Virus record (IMG/VR): IMGVR_UViG_3300011337_000071 | Span: 1-31,487 of that record | Strand: one strand, 5' to 3' | Length of the DNA: 31,487 nucleotides | DNA from: a virus | Lineage: Duplodnaviria; Caudoviricetes | Position numbers and translations under genes: made by a program | Shown: piece after piece, positions 1 through 9,336 of the stretch | Position numbering within the stretch: the stretch's first letter is position 1 | How the letters are laid out: every line of letters begins with the position of its first letter | Notes under the pieces: generated by a model | Seen by the model: the letters and a program-made list of their open reading frames with translations, nothing else | The model's database searches: none | Told to the model about the DNA's origin: nothing

Positions 1-624
1 GGCGATGAGGCCATGAAAAGGCCAAAGTACAAGGACTCTAGCGCCCCAATCATCATGGGTGTAGACCCGGCGCGGTTTGGGGCGGATGCAACGGTGATTG
101 CGGTGCGGCAGGGGCGGGATATTGTGGCTATAAAGAAGTACCGGGGTGATGACACCATGACAGTGGTGGGGCATATCATTGAGGCGATGGAGGAATACAA
201 GCCTGCGATGGTGGTGATTGATGAGGGCGGGCTGGGGGCTGGGATTGTGGATAGGCTCAAGGAGCAGCGGTACAAGATCAAGGGGGTAAACTTTGGAAAC
301 AAGGCCAAAAACCCAATAATGTATGGAAATATGCGCGCCCAGATGTGGGGGGATATGAAAGCGTGGTTGAAATCTGCTAGTATTCCGCACGATAGGTTTT
401 TGAAAACAGACCTTATTTCGCCCTTAATGAAGCCCGATTCACGGGGTACGATCTTCTTGGAGAGCAAGAAAGAGATGAAAGCCCGAGGTTTAGCTAGTCC
501 AGACGCAGCAGATGCTATCTGTGTGACGTTTGCTTTCCCTGTGGCGCATCGGGAGTACAGAGAACCGTCTGTTCGGCGATACTCTGACTATTCGGCGGTA
601 TCTACTGGATGGATGGGAAGTTGA
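1..624 (+). CDS. terL: Terminase large subunit, C-terminal nuclease domain (5'-truncated by window)
   Basis: Frame is open from base 1. It carries the RNase H/RuvC-like terminase motifs IIMGVDPARFGAD, VIDEGGLGAG and SPDAADA, and lies upstream of the portal. Confidence 0.92.
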   Translation, partial: GDEAMKRPKYKDSSAPIIMGVDPARFGADATVIAVRQGRDIVAIKKYRGDDTMTVVGHIIEAMEEYKPAMVVIDEGGLGAGIVDRLKEQRYKIKGVNFGNKAKNPIMYGNMRAQMWGDMKAWLKSASIPHDRFLKTDLISPLMKPDSRGTIFLESKKEMKARGLASPDAADAICVTFAFPVAHREYREPSVRRYSDYSAVSTGWMGS

Positions 625-645
625 TGCAAGTTAGAGGAAAGCGTG

Positions 646-906
646 ATGGCTACTAAAAAAAGCGTGTCTCTATCAGTTGGGCGTGGCGAAAAGCTGCCGG
701 TTAGCCAAGGCGCTGGTTTGACTGCCAAAGGGCGGGAAAAGTACAATGCAGCTACTGGCTCTAACTTGAAGGCTCCTGCGCCTAACCCCAAAACCAAGGC
801 CGACCAGGGCCGCAAGGATTCATTTTGCGCCCGAATGGGTGCGGTAGCGGCCAATGCCAAAGATGGCGAACGCGCCAAGGCGGCGCTTAAACGATGGAAG
901 TGCTGA
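646..906 (+). CDS. Small basic phage protein with SFCARM motif (DUF6321-like)
   Basis: Lys/Arg-rich, RKDSFCARM...ALKRWKC, with GAGGA SD upstream. ATG at 646; alternative GTG at 643. Confidence 0.7.
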   Translation: MATKKSVSLSVGRGEKLPVSQGAGLTAKGREKYNAATGSNLKAPAPNPKTKADQGRKDSFCARMGAVAANAKDGERAKAALKRWKC

Positions 907-907
907 T

Positions 908-1063
908 ATGAAATCTGCTAAATCAGGCCTATACGCCAACATTCACGCCAAGCAGGAGCGCATCAAGGCTGGCTCTGGCGAGAAGATGAACAAGGTTGGC
1001 AGCAAGGCAGCGCCTACTGCCAAGGATTTCAAAGACTCGGCCAAGACGGCTAAGAAGAAGTAA
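908..1063 (+). CDS. Small basic 51-aa phage protein (GLYANIHAK family)
   Basis: ATG at 908 follows the previous stop by 1 nt. MKSAKSGLYANIHAKQERIKAGSGEKM...AKKK. Its stop abuts the portal ATG. Confidence 0.7.
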   Translation: MKSAKSGLYANIHAKQERIKAGSGEKMNKVGSKAAPTAKDFKDSAKTAKKK

Positions 1064-3259
1064 ATGGCTGATTACACGGGTATCAACAAGGTCGGTCAGG
1101 TTGCCAATGTTGGCGGCGGGCCTGGCGAGAAGGACGACCAGCGCGATATGCTGGCAACCATGCGCTCACGCCTGACTATGGCGGTGGATGCCTACAGCGA
1201 CTCGCGCAGCAACGAACTGGATGATTTGCGGTTCATGGCGGGTAGTCCGGACAATCAGTGGCAGTGGCCTGCTGACGTACTGGCGACTCGCGGGGCTGTG
1301 CAGGGTCAGACTATCAACGCCCGTCCCTGCCTGACCATCAACAAGCTGCCGCAGCACGTTCGCCAAGTCACCAACGATCAGCGCCACAACCGTCCCAGCG
1401 GTAAGGTCATCCCTGCGGATGAAATTGCCAACTCGGAAATGGCTGAGATCTTTAACGGCATTGTGCGGCATATTGAGTACATCAGTGACGCTGACACGGC
1501 TTACGACACCGCCTGCGAAAATCAGGTTACTTACGGTGAAGGCTACATCCGGGTACTGACTGAGTATTGCGACGAGAACAGCTTTGACCAAGATCTAAAG
1601 ATTGGCCGGGTTCGGAATTCGTTCTCGGTGTTCATGGATCCCGCTATCCAAGACCCATGCGGTGCGGATGCACGGTGGTGCTTTGTCACAGAGGATGTGC
1701 CAAAAGACGAGTACGAACGCCTGTACCCGGACGCTGCGCCGATTAGCAGCTTGCAGTCGCTTGGCATTGGCGACCAAGACTTGATGCAGTGGCTGCGGGA
1801 CGAGACGGTGCGGATTGCTGAGTATTTTTACGTGGAATACAAGCCCGAGACGCTAAACCTGTACCCCAACAACATCACGGCGTTCAACAACACGCCTGAT
1901 GACAAACAACTTAAAGCGCTTTACGGCAAACCGCTTAAGAACCGGGTTGTGCAGCGCCAAAAGGTTTGCTGGGTCAAAACCAACGGTTACGAGGTGCTAG
2001 AAAAGCGCGATTGGGCCGGTAAGTACATCCCCATTGTGCGCGTGGTGGGCAATGAGTTTGAGGTTGACGGGCAGATTTATGTCTCCGGTCTGGTGCGAAA
2101 TGCCAAAGACGCCCAGCGGATGTACAACTATTGGGTGAGCCAAGAGGCCGAGATGTTGGCCTTGGCGCCCAAAGCGCCGTTTATTGGTTACGGTGGGCAG
2201 TTTGAAGGGTACGAGACTCAGTGGAAGACTGCCAATACCACCAACTGGCCGTATCTGGAGGTCAATCCAGACGTTACAGACGGCGCAGGCGCTACTTTGC
2301 CACTACCCCAGCGTGCCCAGCCCCCAATGGCGTCCAGCGGCCTTTTGCAGGCCAAATCAGGGGCGTCTGAGGACATTAAAGCAGCTACAGGGCAGTACAA
2401 CGCTAGTCTGGGCATGGGCGGCAACGAGCGCAGCGGCAAGGCTATCTTAGCCCGTCAGCGAGAAGGTGACGTTGGCACTTACCACTATGTTGACAACCTG
2501 GCCCGTGCCATTCGCTACGTGACCCGGCAACTGGTGGACATGATCCCCAAAATCTACGACACCCAGCGGGTTGCGCGGATTATTGGTGAAGACGGTGAAA
2601 CCAACATGGCGCGGATCGACCCGTCGCAGCCCGAGCCGGTCAAGAAGATCGTTGACCAGCAGGGTATTGAGATTGAAAAGATTTACAACCCTAATGTCGG
2701 CAAGTACGATGTGGTGGTGACCACCGGCCCAAGCTACAGCACCAAGCGGGTGGAGACTCGGGAAGAAATGGCAAACCTGCTGCAAGGCAACCCGCAACTG
2801 TGGGCTGTGGCTGGTGACTTGTTTGTCAAGAACATGGATTGGCCTGGTGCTAGTGAGTTGGCTAAACGGCTGGCTAAGACCATTGATCCCAAACTTATGG
2901 GTGATGACAACGACCCAGCCCTGCAAGCAGCCAATATGCAGATGCAGGCTATGGGCCAAGAAATGCAGCAAATGCAAGAAATGCTGCAAAACGTCCAGCA
3001 GTCGATGGAAGCGCAAACTTTGGAAATTAAGCGGTTTGATTCTGAGGTCAAGGCATACGATGCCCAAACCAAGCGTATTTCAGCTACGTCGGATGCCATG
3101 ACACCAGAGCAGGTGCAAGAGGTGGTACTAGGTACAATTCACGGCATGATTACCAGCGGCGACCTAATCAACGAAATGCCTGGGCGTGACGTTGATATGC
3201 CGGGTATGGAAATGCCAATGGAAGGCATGGAACCACAACTACAGGAGATGCCGCAATGA
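1064..3259 (+). CDS. P22-like portal protein
   Basis: 731 aa, with RPCLTINKL, YIPIVRVVG, KDAQRMYNYW and SGKAILARQ motifs, a Q/M-rich C-terminal barrel coiled coil, and position after terL. Confidence 0.93.
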   Translation: MADYTGINKVGQVANVGGGPGEKDDQRDMLATMRSRLTMAVDAYSDSRSNELDDLRFMAGSPDNQWQWPADVLATRGAVQGQTINARPCLTINKLPQHVRQVTNDQRHNRPSGKVIPADEIANSEMAEIFNGIVRHIEYISDADTAYDTACENQVTYGEGYIRVLTEYCDENSFDQDLKIGRVRNSFSVFMDPAIQDPCGADARWCFVTEDVPKDEYERLYPDAAPISSLQSLGIGDQDLMQWLRDETVRIAEYFYVEYKPETLNLYPNNITAFNNTPDDKQLKALYGKPLKNRVVQRQKVCWVKTNGYEVLEKRDWAGKYIPIVRVVGNEFEVDGQIYVSGLVRNAKDAQRMYNYWVSQEAEMLALAPKAPFIGYGGQFEGYETQWKTANTTNWPYLEVNPDVTDGAGATLPLPQRAQPPMASSGLLQAKSGASEDIKAATGQYNASLGMGGNERSGKAILARQREGDVGTYHYVDNLARAIRYVTRQLVDMIPKIYDTQRVARIIGEDGETNMARIDPSQPEPVKKIVDQQGIEIEKIYNPNVGKYDVVVTTGPSYSTKRVETREEMANLLQGNPQLWAVAGDLFVKNMDWPGASELAKRLAKTIDPKLMGDDNDPALQAANMQMQAMGQEMQQMQEMLQNVQQSMEAQTLEIKRFDSEVKAYDAQTKRISATSDAMTPEQVQEVVLGTIHGMITSGDLINEMPGRDVDMPGMEMPMEGMEPQLQEMPQ

Positions 3260-3618
3260 AAGGTAACGAATTTGTAGGGATGCTGTTTCTGGCGCGGGAT
3301 GTAGCGCACAGCGTGCATCTAAATACCCGCAGCTTTAGCAAGCACATGGCGCTGAACACCTTCTACAACGAAATTGTAGAACTGGCCGACGCCTTTGCTG
3401 AAGCCTATCAAGGCAGGTACGGTCTAATGGGCCAGATCACGCTGGGCAGCAACAAGAAGACGGCCAACATCATTGAGTTCTTGCAAGACCAACTTGCTGA
3501 GATTGAAAAAGTACGCTATGAAGTGTGCGACAAATCTGACACATCGCTCCAGCAGTTGATTGACAATATTGTGGAACTGTACCTAACCACGCTCTACAAA
3601 TTGAGGTTCTTAGCATGA
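3256..3618 (+). CDS. Ferritin/Dps-like four-helix protein (DUF5856-like)
   Basis: HSVHLNTRSFSKHMALNTFY...ADAFAEAYQG and YKLRFL resemble the Dps-like H-x-H...H...D-xxx-E pattern. ATGA overlaps at both ends. Confidence 0.7.
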   Translation: MKGNEFVGMLFLARDVAHSVHLNTRSFSKHMALNTFYNEIVELADAFAEAYQGRYGLMGQITLGSNKKTANIIEFLQDQLAEIEKVRYEVCDKSDTSLQQLIDNIVELYLTTLYKLRFLA

Positions 3619-5534
3619 CCACCAATGCAACACCGCCCAAGCTGCAATTTTTGGATGCTAACGGCGCACCGCTATCGGGTGGAAAGCTGTACACCTACGC
3701 TGCCGGTACAACCACGCCACAAGCCTCATACACCGATTACGGCGGTGGGACTGCCAATGCCAACCCTGTCATCCTTGACAGCCGTGGCGAGGCTTCTGTG
3801 TGGCTTGGTACAGCCTTGTACAAGATGGCGCTGTACAGCGCCACTGATGTGCTGATTTGGACAGTGGACAACATTGGTGGGTTTGCTACCCTGGCGCAAT
3901 TGGCCGCATCTGGTGGGTCTAACTTGATTGGTTACTTGCCTGCCGGTACAGGAGCCGTTGCTACTACGGTGCAGACAAAAAACAGATTAACCATTGACGC
4001 TGCTGATTTTGGCTGTACGCCCGGTTTAACAACCGATCAATCTGCGGTAATGCAAGCCGCATTCAATTACGTGGCATCTGTTGGGGGCACGCTTAGGTTC
4101 AAGCCGGGAACTTATCTTGGCCGAATTGATTTCTCAGGCACAGTTTTGCCAATGGTGTTTGACGGTCAAGGCGCTTTGTTTCGACCATACGTTAGTACAC
4201 AAACAGAAGTTTTCTACTGCAAAAACTCTGCAACATACCCAACCGTCAGCGGTGATTTTGTATTTTTAAATGTCATTTTCAAAAATGTCCAAGTCTGGGG
4301 CAGATTGACTAGCGCCTCCAGCGATACCGACCCAACTGGACATACCAATTACGGCGTCAATTTTATTTGCACCGCTGCCAAGTGGTATGACAGTTCGTTT
4401 CAGTACGGAAAGATTGCAGCTTATTACGGCTACTATCACCAATATGGCGAGTTTTATTCGTGCCTGTTTGGGTCTGGAGTGTATGCAGACACTACGGCTG
4501 GATGCCTGCTTGACGGAAATACTGCCACTGAATCATCAAACGAAAATAGATTCCTTAGCACCAAACTGTTTAGCAACAAGAACGGTTTAATTATTAAAGG
4601 CGGGATAAAAAATCGTATTTATGCGCCAACCATTCAAGATACCCGTTTTGGTGGTTCTGGTGGAATTGTGTTAACTACAGATGTTAGTGGGTTTGGGGCA
4701 GATGGCACTGATATACAAGGTGCATACACCGAGATCAATAATGGTGTACCTGCTGTTCTTGTTGGAATTGCGCCCAACACATCAATTAGCGATCTTGAGT
4801 TTGCAAGTTCAGGCGAATACATTCAGACTACTCATTGCTACAACCTTACTTTGCGTAATGTAAATGGCTACAACGGAGGAACCATTACTTTGGTTCACCC
4901 TGCTGTAAATACAGACACAGCCGCTCTTAGCGTAGTTGGCGGAAATATCAATCCTAGCGTTAGCGGCCTTGCTCACGCCGGGCCTACGTTCATTTCTCTT
5001 GATCAACCAGCTGTTGCAAAACATCAAAATGATTCTGTGCTTTTGACTAGCGCACAAACTGGTACTAACAGCGCGCCATTCATTGGCATGGTTGATCTGT
5101 TTGGAGTTAAAGCATCAGTTCCAAAAGCTACTACCACAAATCTGTTTTCATTAACGCAAAAGACTTTTACGTCTTTGCCAATGCGAATTTCAGTGTTTAC
5201 GGTGGAATTGTATCTTTGGGATAGTAGCGTAAGCACAACGGCATTTGGCTACAGCGGTCATTTGCAACGTTACTCGGTGTTTGTCACCAACAACACTACG
5301 GGCGCACCACAAGTTTATATTATTCAGGAATCGGCTGGAACAGACATTGGCATTAGCACAGCTTTTCAAGCGCCTGGAACTGTAACGTTGTCATCGGGAA
5401 TTGTTGGCGATGTAATCACATTTAAAGCAAATTGGCCGGGTTCTGGAACAAACGCAGCAGCTATGACGGTGCAAGATGTTGCGTACATTTTGCGTGGTTC
5501 TGGAACTGTTGGTTTCTATTTGACTCGGCTATGA
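3615..5534 (+). CDS. Tailspike / receptor-binding protein (N-terminal virion-binding domain plus pectate-lyase-like beta-helix)
   Basis: N-terminal QFLDANGAPLSGGKLYTYAAGTTTP, linker GAVATTVQTK..IDAADFG..DQSAVMQAAFN..GGTLRFKPGTY (typical beta-helix start), then a beta-rich body. Confidence 0.82.
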   Translation: MTTNATPPKLQFLDANGAPLSGGKLYTYAAGTTTPQASYTDYGGGTANANPVILDSRGEASVWLGTALYKMALYSATDVLIWTVDNIGGFATLAQLAASGGSNLIGYLPAGTGAVATTVQTKNRLTIDAADFGCTPGLTTDQSAVMQAAFNYVASVGGTLRFKPGTYLGRIDFSGTVLPMVFDGQGALFRPYVSTQTEVFYCKNSATYPTVSGDFVFLNVIFKNVQVWGRLTSASSDTDPTGHTNYGVNFICTAAKWYDSSFQYGKIAAYYGYYHQYGEFYSCLFGSGVYADTTAGCLLDGNTATESSNENRFLSTKLFSNKNGLIIKGGIKNRIYAPTIQDTRFGGSGGIVLTTDVSGFGADGTDIQGAYTEINNGVPAVLVGIAPNTSISDLEFASSGEYIQTTHCYNLTLRNVNGYNGGTITLVHPAVNTDTAALSVVGGNINPSVSGLAHAGPTFISLDQPAVAKHQNDSVLLTSAQTGTNSAPFIGMVDLFGVKASVPKATTTNLFSLTQKTFTSLPMRISVFTVELYLWDSSVSTTAFGYSGHLQRYSVFVTNNTTGAPQVYIIQESAGTDIGISTAFQAPGTVTLSSGIVGDVITFKANWPGSGTNAAAMTVQDVAYILRGSGTVGFYLTRL

Positions 5535-5629
5535 CCACACGCACCATATACCTCCGCATCGGCTTTGCTCTGCTGGCTTTCTGGTCAACTATTGGATTCA
5601 TCACATGGCAACTATTGCACAACTCCTAA
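5531..5629 (+). CDS. 32-aa single-TM membrane peptide
   Basis: ATGA overlap with the tailspike stop. MTTRTIYLRIGFALLAFWSTIGFITWQLLHNS. Confidence 0.5.
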   Translation: MTTRTIYLRIGFALLAFWSTIGFITWQLLHNS

Positions 5630-5799
5630 AATCCCGCACCGTCCTGTTTGCTTTGCTGCTGGCCGTACTCAGCATCGTGCAAGGCTACGTTGCCCTGCTG
5701 CCCATCACGCCGATTCAACAGATGTACGTCGGTTGCGCTATTGCGGTTGCCATCACGCTGCTGCGGATCATCACCACCCAACCCATTGCTGACAAATGA
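5605..5799 (+). CDS. Small 2-TM membrane protein, holin-like
   Basis: 64 aa, two hydrophobic segments, LKSRT N-terminus and LRIITTQPI C-terminus. Confidence 0.65.
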   Translation: MATIAQLLKSRTVLFALLLAVLSIVQGYVALLPITPIQQMYVGCAIAVAITLLRIITTQPIADK

Positions 5800-6059
5800 T
5801 TAAGACCGCCAATGGCTTGATCTTGCTCTACATGAAAGCCTGTGGTTTTCAGGGCTGGACTAGCTTTTGGAACGTGATCTACATGGCCCCTGGTTACGAA
5901 CACAACGTACCTTTGCTACGCCATGAGCGCAAGCACATTGAACAGATGAGGCGTGATGGCAAACTGGTGTATCTGATCAAATACAGCTATTGGCTTTTGC
6001 GCTATGGTTATAAAATGAATCCGTATGAAGTTGAGGCACGAGCCGCTGAACAACCTTGA
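5796..6059 (+). CDS. Minimal HExxH zincin-like metallopeptidase (DUF4157-like)
   Basis: LLRHERKHIEQ...YKMNPYEVEAR (HExxH plus distal E). ATGA-coupled. Confidence 0.7.
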   Translation: MIKTANGLILLYMKACGFQGWTSFWNVIYMAPGYEHNVPLLRHERKHIEQMRRDGKLVYLIKYSYWLLRYGYKMNPYEVEARAAEQP

Positions 6060-6068
6060 AAGACAAAC

Positions 6069-6410
6069 ATGACTGATACCACTGCATTTATTCAAAACGG
6101 CGCTACGGTGGCAATTACCGCCAATGCTACTGCTCCAACGGCTGTGCAAATTCTGCCTACTTTTACGGCATCGTTGCCACCCCGCAACCAATACCGCATT
6201 GTCAATGCTGGTACGGTAACTTTGTTTTTGGGGGCTGGCCCAACCGCTGCAATTGCGGCGACTAATGCTGCGGCAGTTACCACCACTGGAAACGCTATCC
6301 CCGTAGTGGCTAACGGCGTGGAAATTTTGACTTTCCCACCTACTTGGTTTTTTACCGCCACTGCGGCTTCAGCCGCAACCCTTTACATAACGCCGGGGGA
6401 AGGCCTATAA
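6069..6410 (+). CDS. Hypothetical beta-rich (Ala/Thr) virion-associated protein
   Basis: 113 aa ending LYITPGEGL, located before the scaffold gene. Confidence 0.65.
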   Translation: MTDTTAFIQNGATVAITANATAPTAVQILPTFTASLPPRNQYRIVNAGTVTLFLGAGPTAAIAATNAAAVTTTGNAIPVVANGVEILTFPPTWFFTATAASAATLYITPGEGL

Positions 6411-6411
6411 T
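6382..6411 (+). promoter_or_regulatory. Putative sigma70 promoter for the scaffold-coat genes
   Basis: TTTACA (6382-6387), 18 bp spacer, TATAAT (6406-6411). Confidence 0.55.
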
Positions 6412-6452
6412 ATTTGTACTGGCCCAATGACCAGGGATTCTCAGGAATCAAA

Positions 6453-7193
6453 ATGTCGGAAGTAGAGCAAACAGCGGAATTAGCCCCCGCGACGGAACTG
6501 GAAGCCACGGCGGCCACACCAGAACCTGTAGTTGAAACGCCGGGAGTTGAGGCCCCCAAGACCTTCACACAAGAAGAACTTGATGCCGCAATTGGAAAAC
6601 GTCTCGCAAGAGAACAGCGAAAGTGGGAACGAGAGCGACAGCCTGCGCCAGCAGTGGCAGTGGACTTACCGCCGCAAGATCAGTTTGAGTCGGTTGATGC
6701 TTACGCAGAAGCCAAGGCTTATAAGCTGATTGAGCAACGGGAGATTCAGAAACAGCAAGCTGAGATTCTTGATAACTATCATGAGCGTGAAGAAACGGCT
6801 CGGTCTAAGTACAGCGACTTTGAACAAGTTGCCTACAACCCGAACCTAAAGATCACAACCGTGATGGCACAGACGATTCAATCGTCGGATATTGGGCCTG
6901 ACTTGGTTTATCACCTTGGCTCTAATCCGAAAGAGGCAGATCGTATTTCTCGGCTTTCACCTATTTTGCAGGCCAAAGAACTTGGGCGGCTTGAGGCTAA
7001 ATTAGCTGATAACCCCGTTCAAAAACGCACTTCTGGTGCGCCTGAACCGATTTCACCAGTCACCGCCCGAGGGGTGGGTTCTGGGTCTTATGACACAACT
7101 GACCCACGGTCTACCAAGACCATGAGTACCAGCCAGTGGATTGAGGCCGAAAGAGCGCGACAAGTGAAAGCGCAACAGGCGCGTAAGTTTTAA
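6453..7193 (+). CDS. Capsid scaffolding protein
   Basis: Acidic N-terminus, KTFTQEELDAAIGKRLAREQRKWER, helical, directly upstream of coat. ATG 6453 follows an AGGA SD. Confidence 0.8.
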   Translation: MSEVEQTAELAPATELEATAATPEPVVETPGVEAPKTFTQEELDAAIGKRLAREQRKWERERQPAPAVAVDLPPQDQFESVDAYAEAKAYKLIEQREIQKQQAEILDNYHEREETARSKYSDFEQVAYNPNLKITTVMAQTIQSSDIGPDLVYHLGSNPKEADRISRLSPILQAKELGRLEAKLADNPVQKRTSGAPEPISPVTARGVGSGSYDTTDPRSTKTMSTSQWIEAERARQVKAQQARKF

Positions 7194-7211
7194 TTTTGAA
7201 AGGTATTTAAA

Positions 7212-8426
7212 ATGGCTAACTCGATTCTCACCATTGACATGATCACAAGGAAGGCTTTGGAAATCCTTGAAAACAACCTAGTGATCACCCGCAACGTAAA
7301 CCGACAGTACGATGACAGCTTTGCTGTTAACGGTGCCAAGATTGGTTCTACCCTGCGTATTCGCCTGCCTGACCGCGCTTTGGTCACTGACGGTGCCGCT
7401 CTGCAAGTGCAGGATGACAACGAGCAGTTCACAACCTTGACGGTTGCAAGCCAGAAACACATCGGCGTGAACTTCACAACCGCTGAACTGACCATGCAGT
7501 TGGATGATTTTGCAGAACGGGTTCTTAAGCCCCGTATCTCTCAATTGGCCTCCAGCATTGACGCAGACGTTGCCAACGCCTACAAATCAATCTACTCGAC
7601 CGTCGGCACTCCTGGCACGACACCGGCCACTTCTTTGGTGCTGTTGCAAGCGCAGCAAAAACTGAACGAGAACGCTGCCGTCATGTCCCCGCGCTACGCT
7701 ACCGTCAATCCTGCCGCTAACGCTGGTCTGGTGGAAGGAATGAAGGGCTTGTTTAACCCAACTGACACCGTGTCACGCCAGTTCAAGAACGGCATGATGG
7801 GTACTGGTGTTTTGGGCTTTGAAGAAGTCAACATGAGCCAATCCATCAAGGTTCACACCACTGGCTCACGGTCTACGACTGACACGATTTTGGTTAACGG
7901 TGCTGTTAGCACCCAAGGCCAATCTACAATCAACCTTGACGGTGGTACTGCCTCGGCAACGATTGCTGTTGGTGACGTATTCACAATCGCCAACGTGTTT
8001 GCAGTCAACCCACAGACCCGTGAGTCCACTGGTTCGTTGCAGCAGTTTGTTTGCACTTCTCTCGCCACCGCATCTTCTGGTGCATGGACGAGCGTTGCAA
8101 TCAGCCCAGCAATCTACACCAGCGACAGCGCCTTGGCTACCGTTAACAGCTTCCCCGCTGACAACGCTGCCGTGACGTTTGTTGGTACGGCTTCTACCGG
8201 CTATCCGCAAAACTTGATCTACCACAAGGACGCCATCACGTTTGCTACCGCTGACCTGTTGATGCCCCAAGGTGTTGACATGGCTGCTCGCGCAAACCAC
8301 AATGGCATTTCGCTGCGTGTTGTTCGTCAGTACGACATCAACAATGACCGTATGCCTTGCCGTATTGATGTGCTGTACGGCTATAGCACCATTCGTCCTC
8401 AGATGGCTTGCCGTCTGTGGGGCTAA
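7212..8426 (+). CDS. Major capsid protein (P22 coat protein gp5 family)
   Basis: 404 aa, MANSILTIDMITRKALEILENNL...KIGSTLRIRLP...CRIDVLYG, with strongly biased codon usage. Confidence 0.93.
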   Translation: MANSILTIDMITRKALEILENNLVITRNVNRQYDDSFAVNGAKIGSTLRIRLPDRALVTDGAALQVQDDNEQFTTLTVASQKHIGVNFTTAELTMQLDDFAERVLKPRISQLASSIDADVANAYKSIYSTVGTPGTTPATSLVLLQAQQKLNENAAVMSPRYATVNPAANAGLVEGMKGLFNPTDTVSRQFKNGMMGTGVLGFEEVNMSQSIKVHTTGSRSTTDTILVNGAVSTQGQSTINLDGGTASATIAVGDVFTIANVFAVNPQTRESTGSLQQFVCTSLATASSGAWTSVAISPAIYTSDSALATVNSFPADNAAVTFVGTASTGYPQNLIYHKDAITFATADLLMPQGVDMAARANHNGISLRVVRQYDINNDRMPCRIDVLYGYSTIRPQMACRLWG

Positions 8427-8452
8427 TTCAACTCATTTGAAAGGAAATTATC

Positions 8453-8875
8453 ATGGCTCTCCCAAATTCTGGCGGTGGGTATCAGTTTACTGATGGCAAC
8501 ACCAATGAAATCGTTATGGGCGTTCAAGCAGCGCCCCAGACCGCAACTGCTACGGCCACTCTGACCGTTGCACAAACTACTGGTGGCATTTTGGTTGGTA
8601 ATCCATCAACGACTGCGGCTTCGTACACGCTGCCAACGGCTGCGGCAATTGACGCTGTGTTTAACAACGCCAAAGTCAACAGCACGTTCCGGTTGGTTGT
8701 TATTAACTTGGGTACTTCCACCGGGTTGATCACGATGGTTGTAGGTACTGGCATTACTGCGGTTGGCAACCTGGTTGTTGCTATCACCGGTAGTGCAGCG
8801 GGTGTTAGCGGCGCAGGCGAGTTCTTGTTCCGCAAGACCGGCGATGCTGCTTACTCAATGTATCGCGTTGCCTAA
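8453..8875 (+). CDS. Putative capsid decoration/minor structural protein
   Basis: 140 aa Ala/Thr/Gly-rich beta protein right after coat and before the terminator, with AAGGA SD. Confidence 0.6.
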   Translation: MALPNSGGGYQFTDGNTNEIVMGVQAAPQTATATATLTVAQTTGGILVGNPSTTAASYTLPTAAAIDAVFNNAKVNSTFRLVVINLGTSTGLITMVVGTGITAVGNLVVAITGSAAGVSGAGEFLFRKTGDAAYSMYRVA

Positions 8876-8882
8876 ACCAAAT

Positions 8883-8904
8883 GGGGGCTTCGGCCCCTGT
8901 TTTT
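8883..8904 (+). terminator. Rho-independent terminator
   Basis: GGGGC-TTCG-GCCCC stem (cUUCGg tetraloop) followed by TGTTTTT. Confidence 0.85.
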
Positions 8905-8917
8905 AAAAGGACATACC

Positions 8918-9331
8918 ATGCCCAATACTCAAGCAGTAGGCGTTGCATACGCTGACCCTGAATTTACTACCTGCTACGCAAGCCAAGAACTTGGCTACAG
9001 CGCAGCGGCTCAAACTGCTGTGACGCAAGCGACTAGCAAGTCTACTGGCGTAACCGCAAACACCAGTGCCGGTCAGATCACGATGAACAACGCAGCTTTG
9101 GCTGGCGCTACTGCGGTGTCGTTTATTTTGACCAATAGCACGATCAGCGCCAAGGACACGATGATTGTGTGCGTCGGAAGCAATACCACAGGTAGTGCTG
9201 CTGGTGCTTACACCGTTTATGTTTCTTACTTGGCTGCTGGTTCTTGCTTGATTACATTGCGAAACCTGACTGCTGCTACTTCATACTCTGAAGCAGTAGT
9301 GATCAATTTTGCTGTTATTCACGGCGCATAG
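8918..9331 (+). CDS. Hypothetical structural protein
   Basis: 137 aa, VTQATSKSTGVT..GQITMNNAALA..SEAVVINFAVI, with AAGGA SD. Confidence 0.7.
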   Translation: MPNTQAVGVAYADPEFTTCYASQELGYSAAAQTAVTQATSKSTGVTANTSAGQITMNNAALAGATAVSFILTNSTISAKDTMIVCVGSNTTGSAAGAYTVYVSYLAAGSCLITLRNLTAATSYSEAVVINFAVIHGA

Positions 9332-9336
9332 TAAAC

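Noticed and set aside
854-907. Extended upstream starts in the ORF track (854, 6414, 13365, 14209, 15572, 22788, 29199)
   Set aside because: They overlap upstream genes or lack an SD; downstream ATGs with SD or coupling fit better.
2447-3067. Long minus-strand ORFs within portal, coat and other late genes (e.g. 1166-1591, 2447-3067, 7866-8300)
   Set aside because: Shadow ORFs caused by codon bias; no motifs, and their ends do not coincide with gene boundaries.
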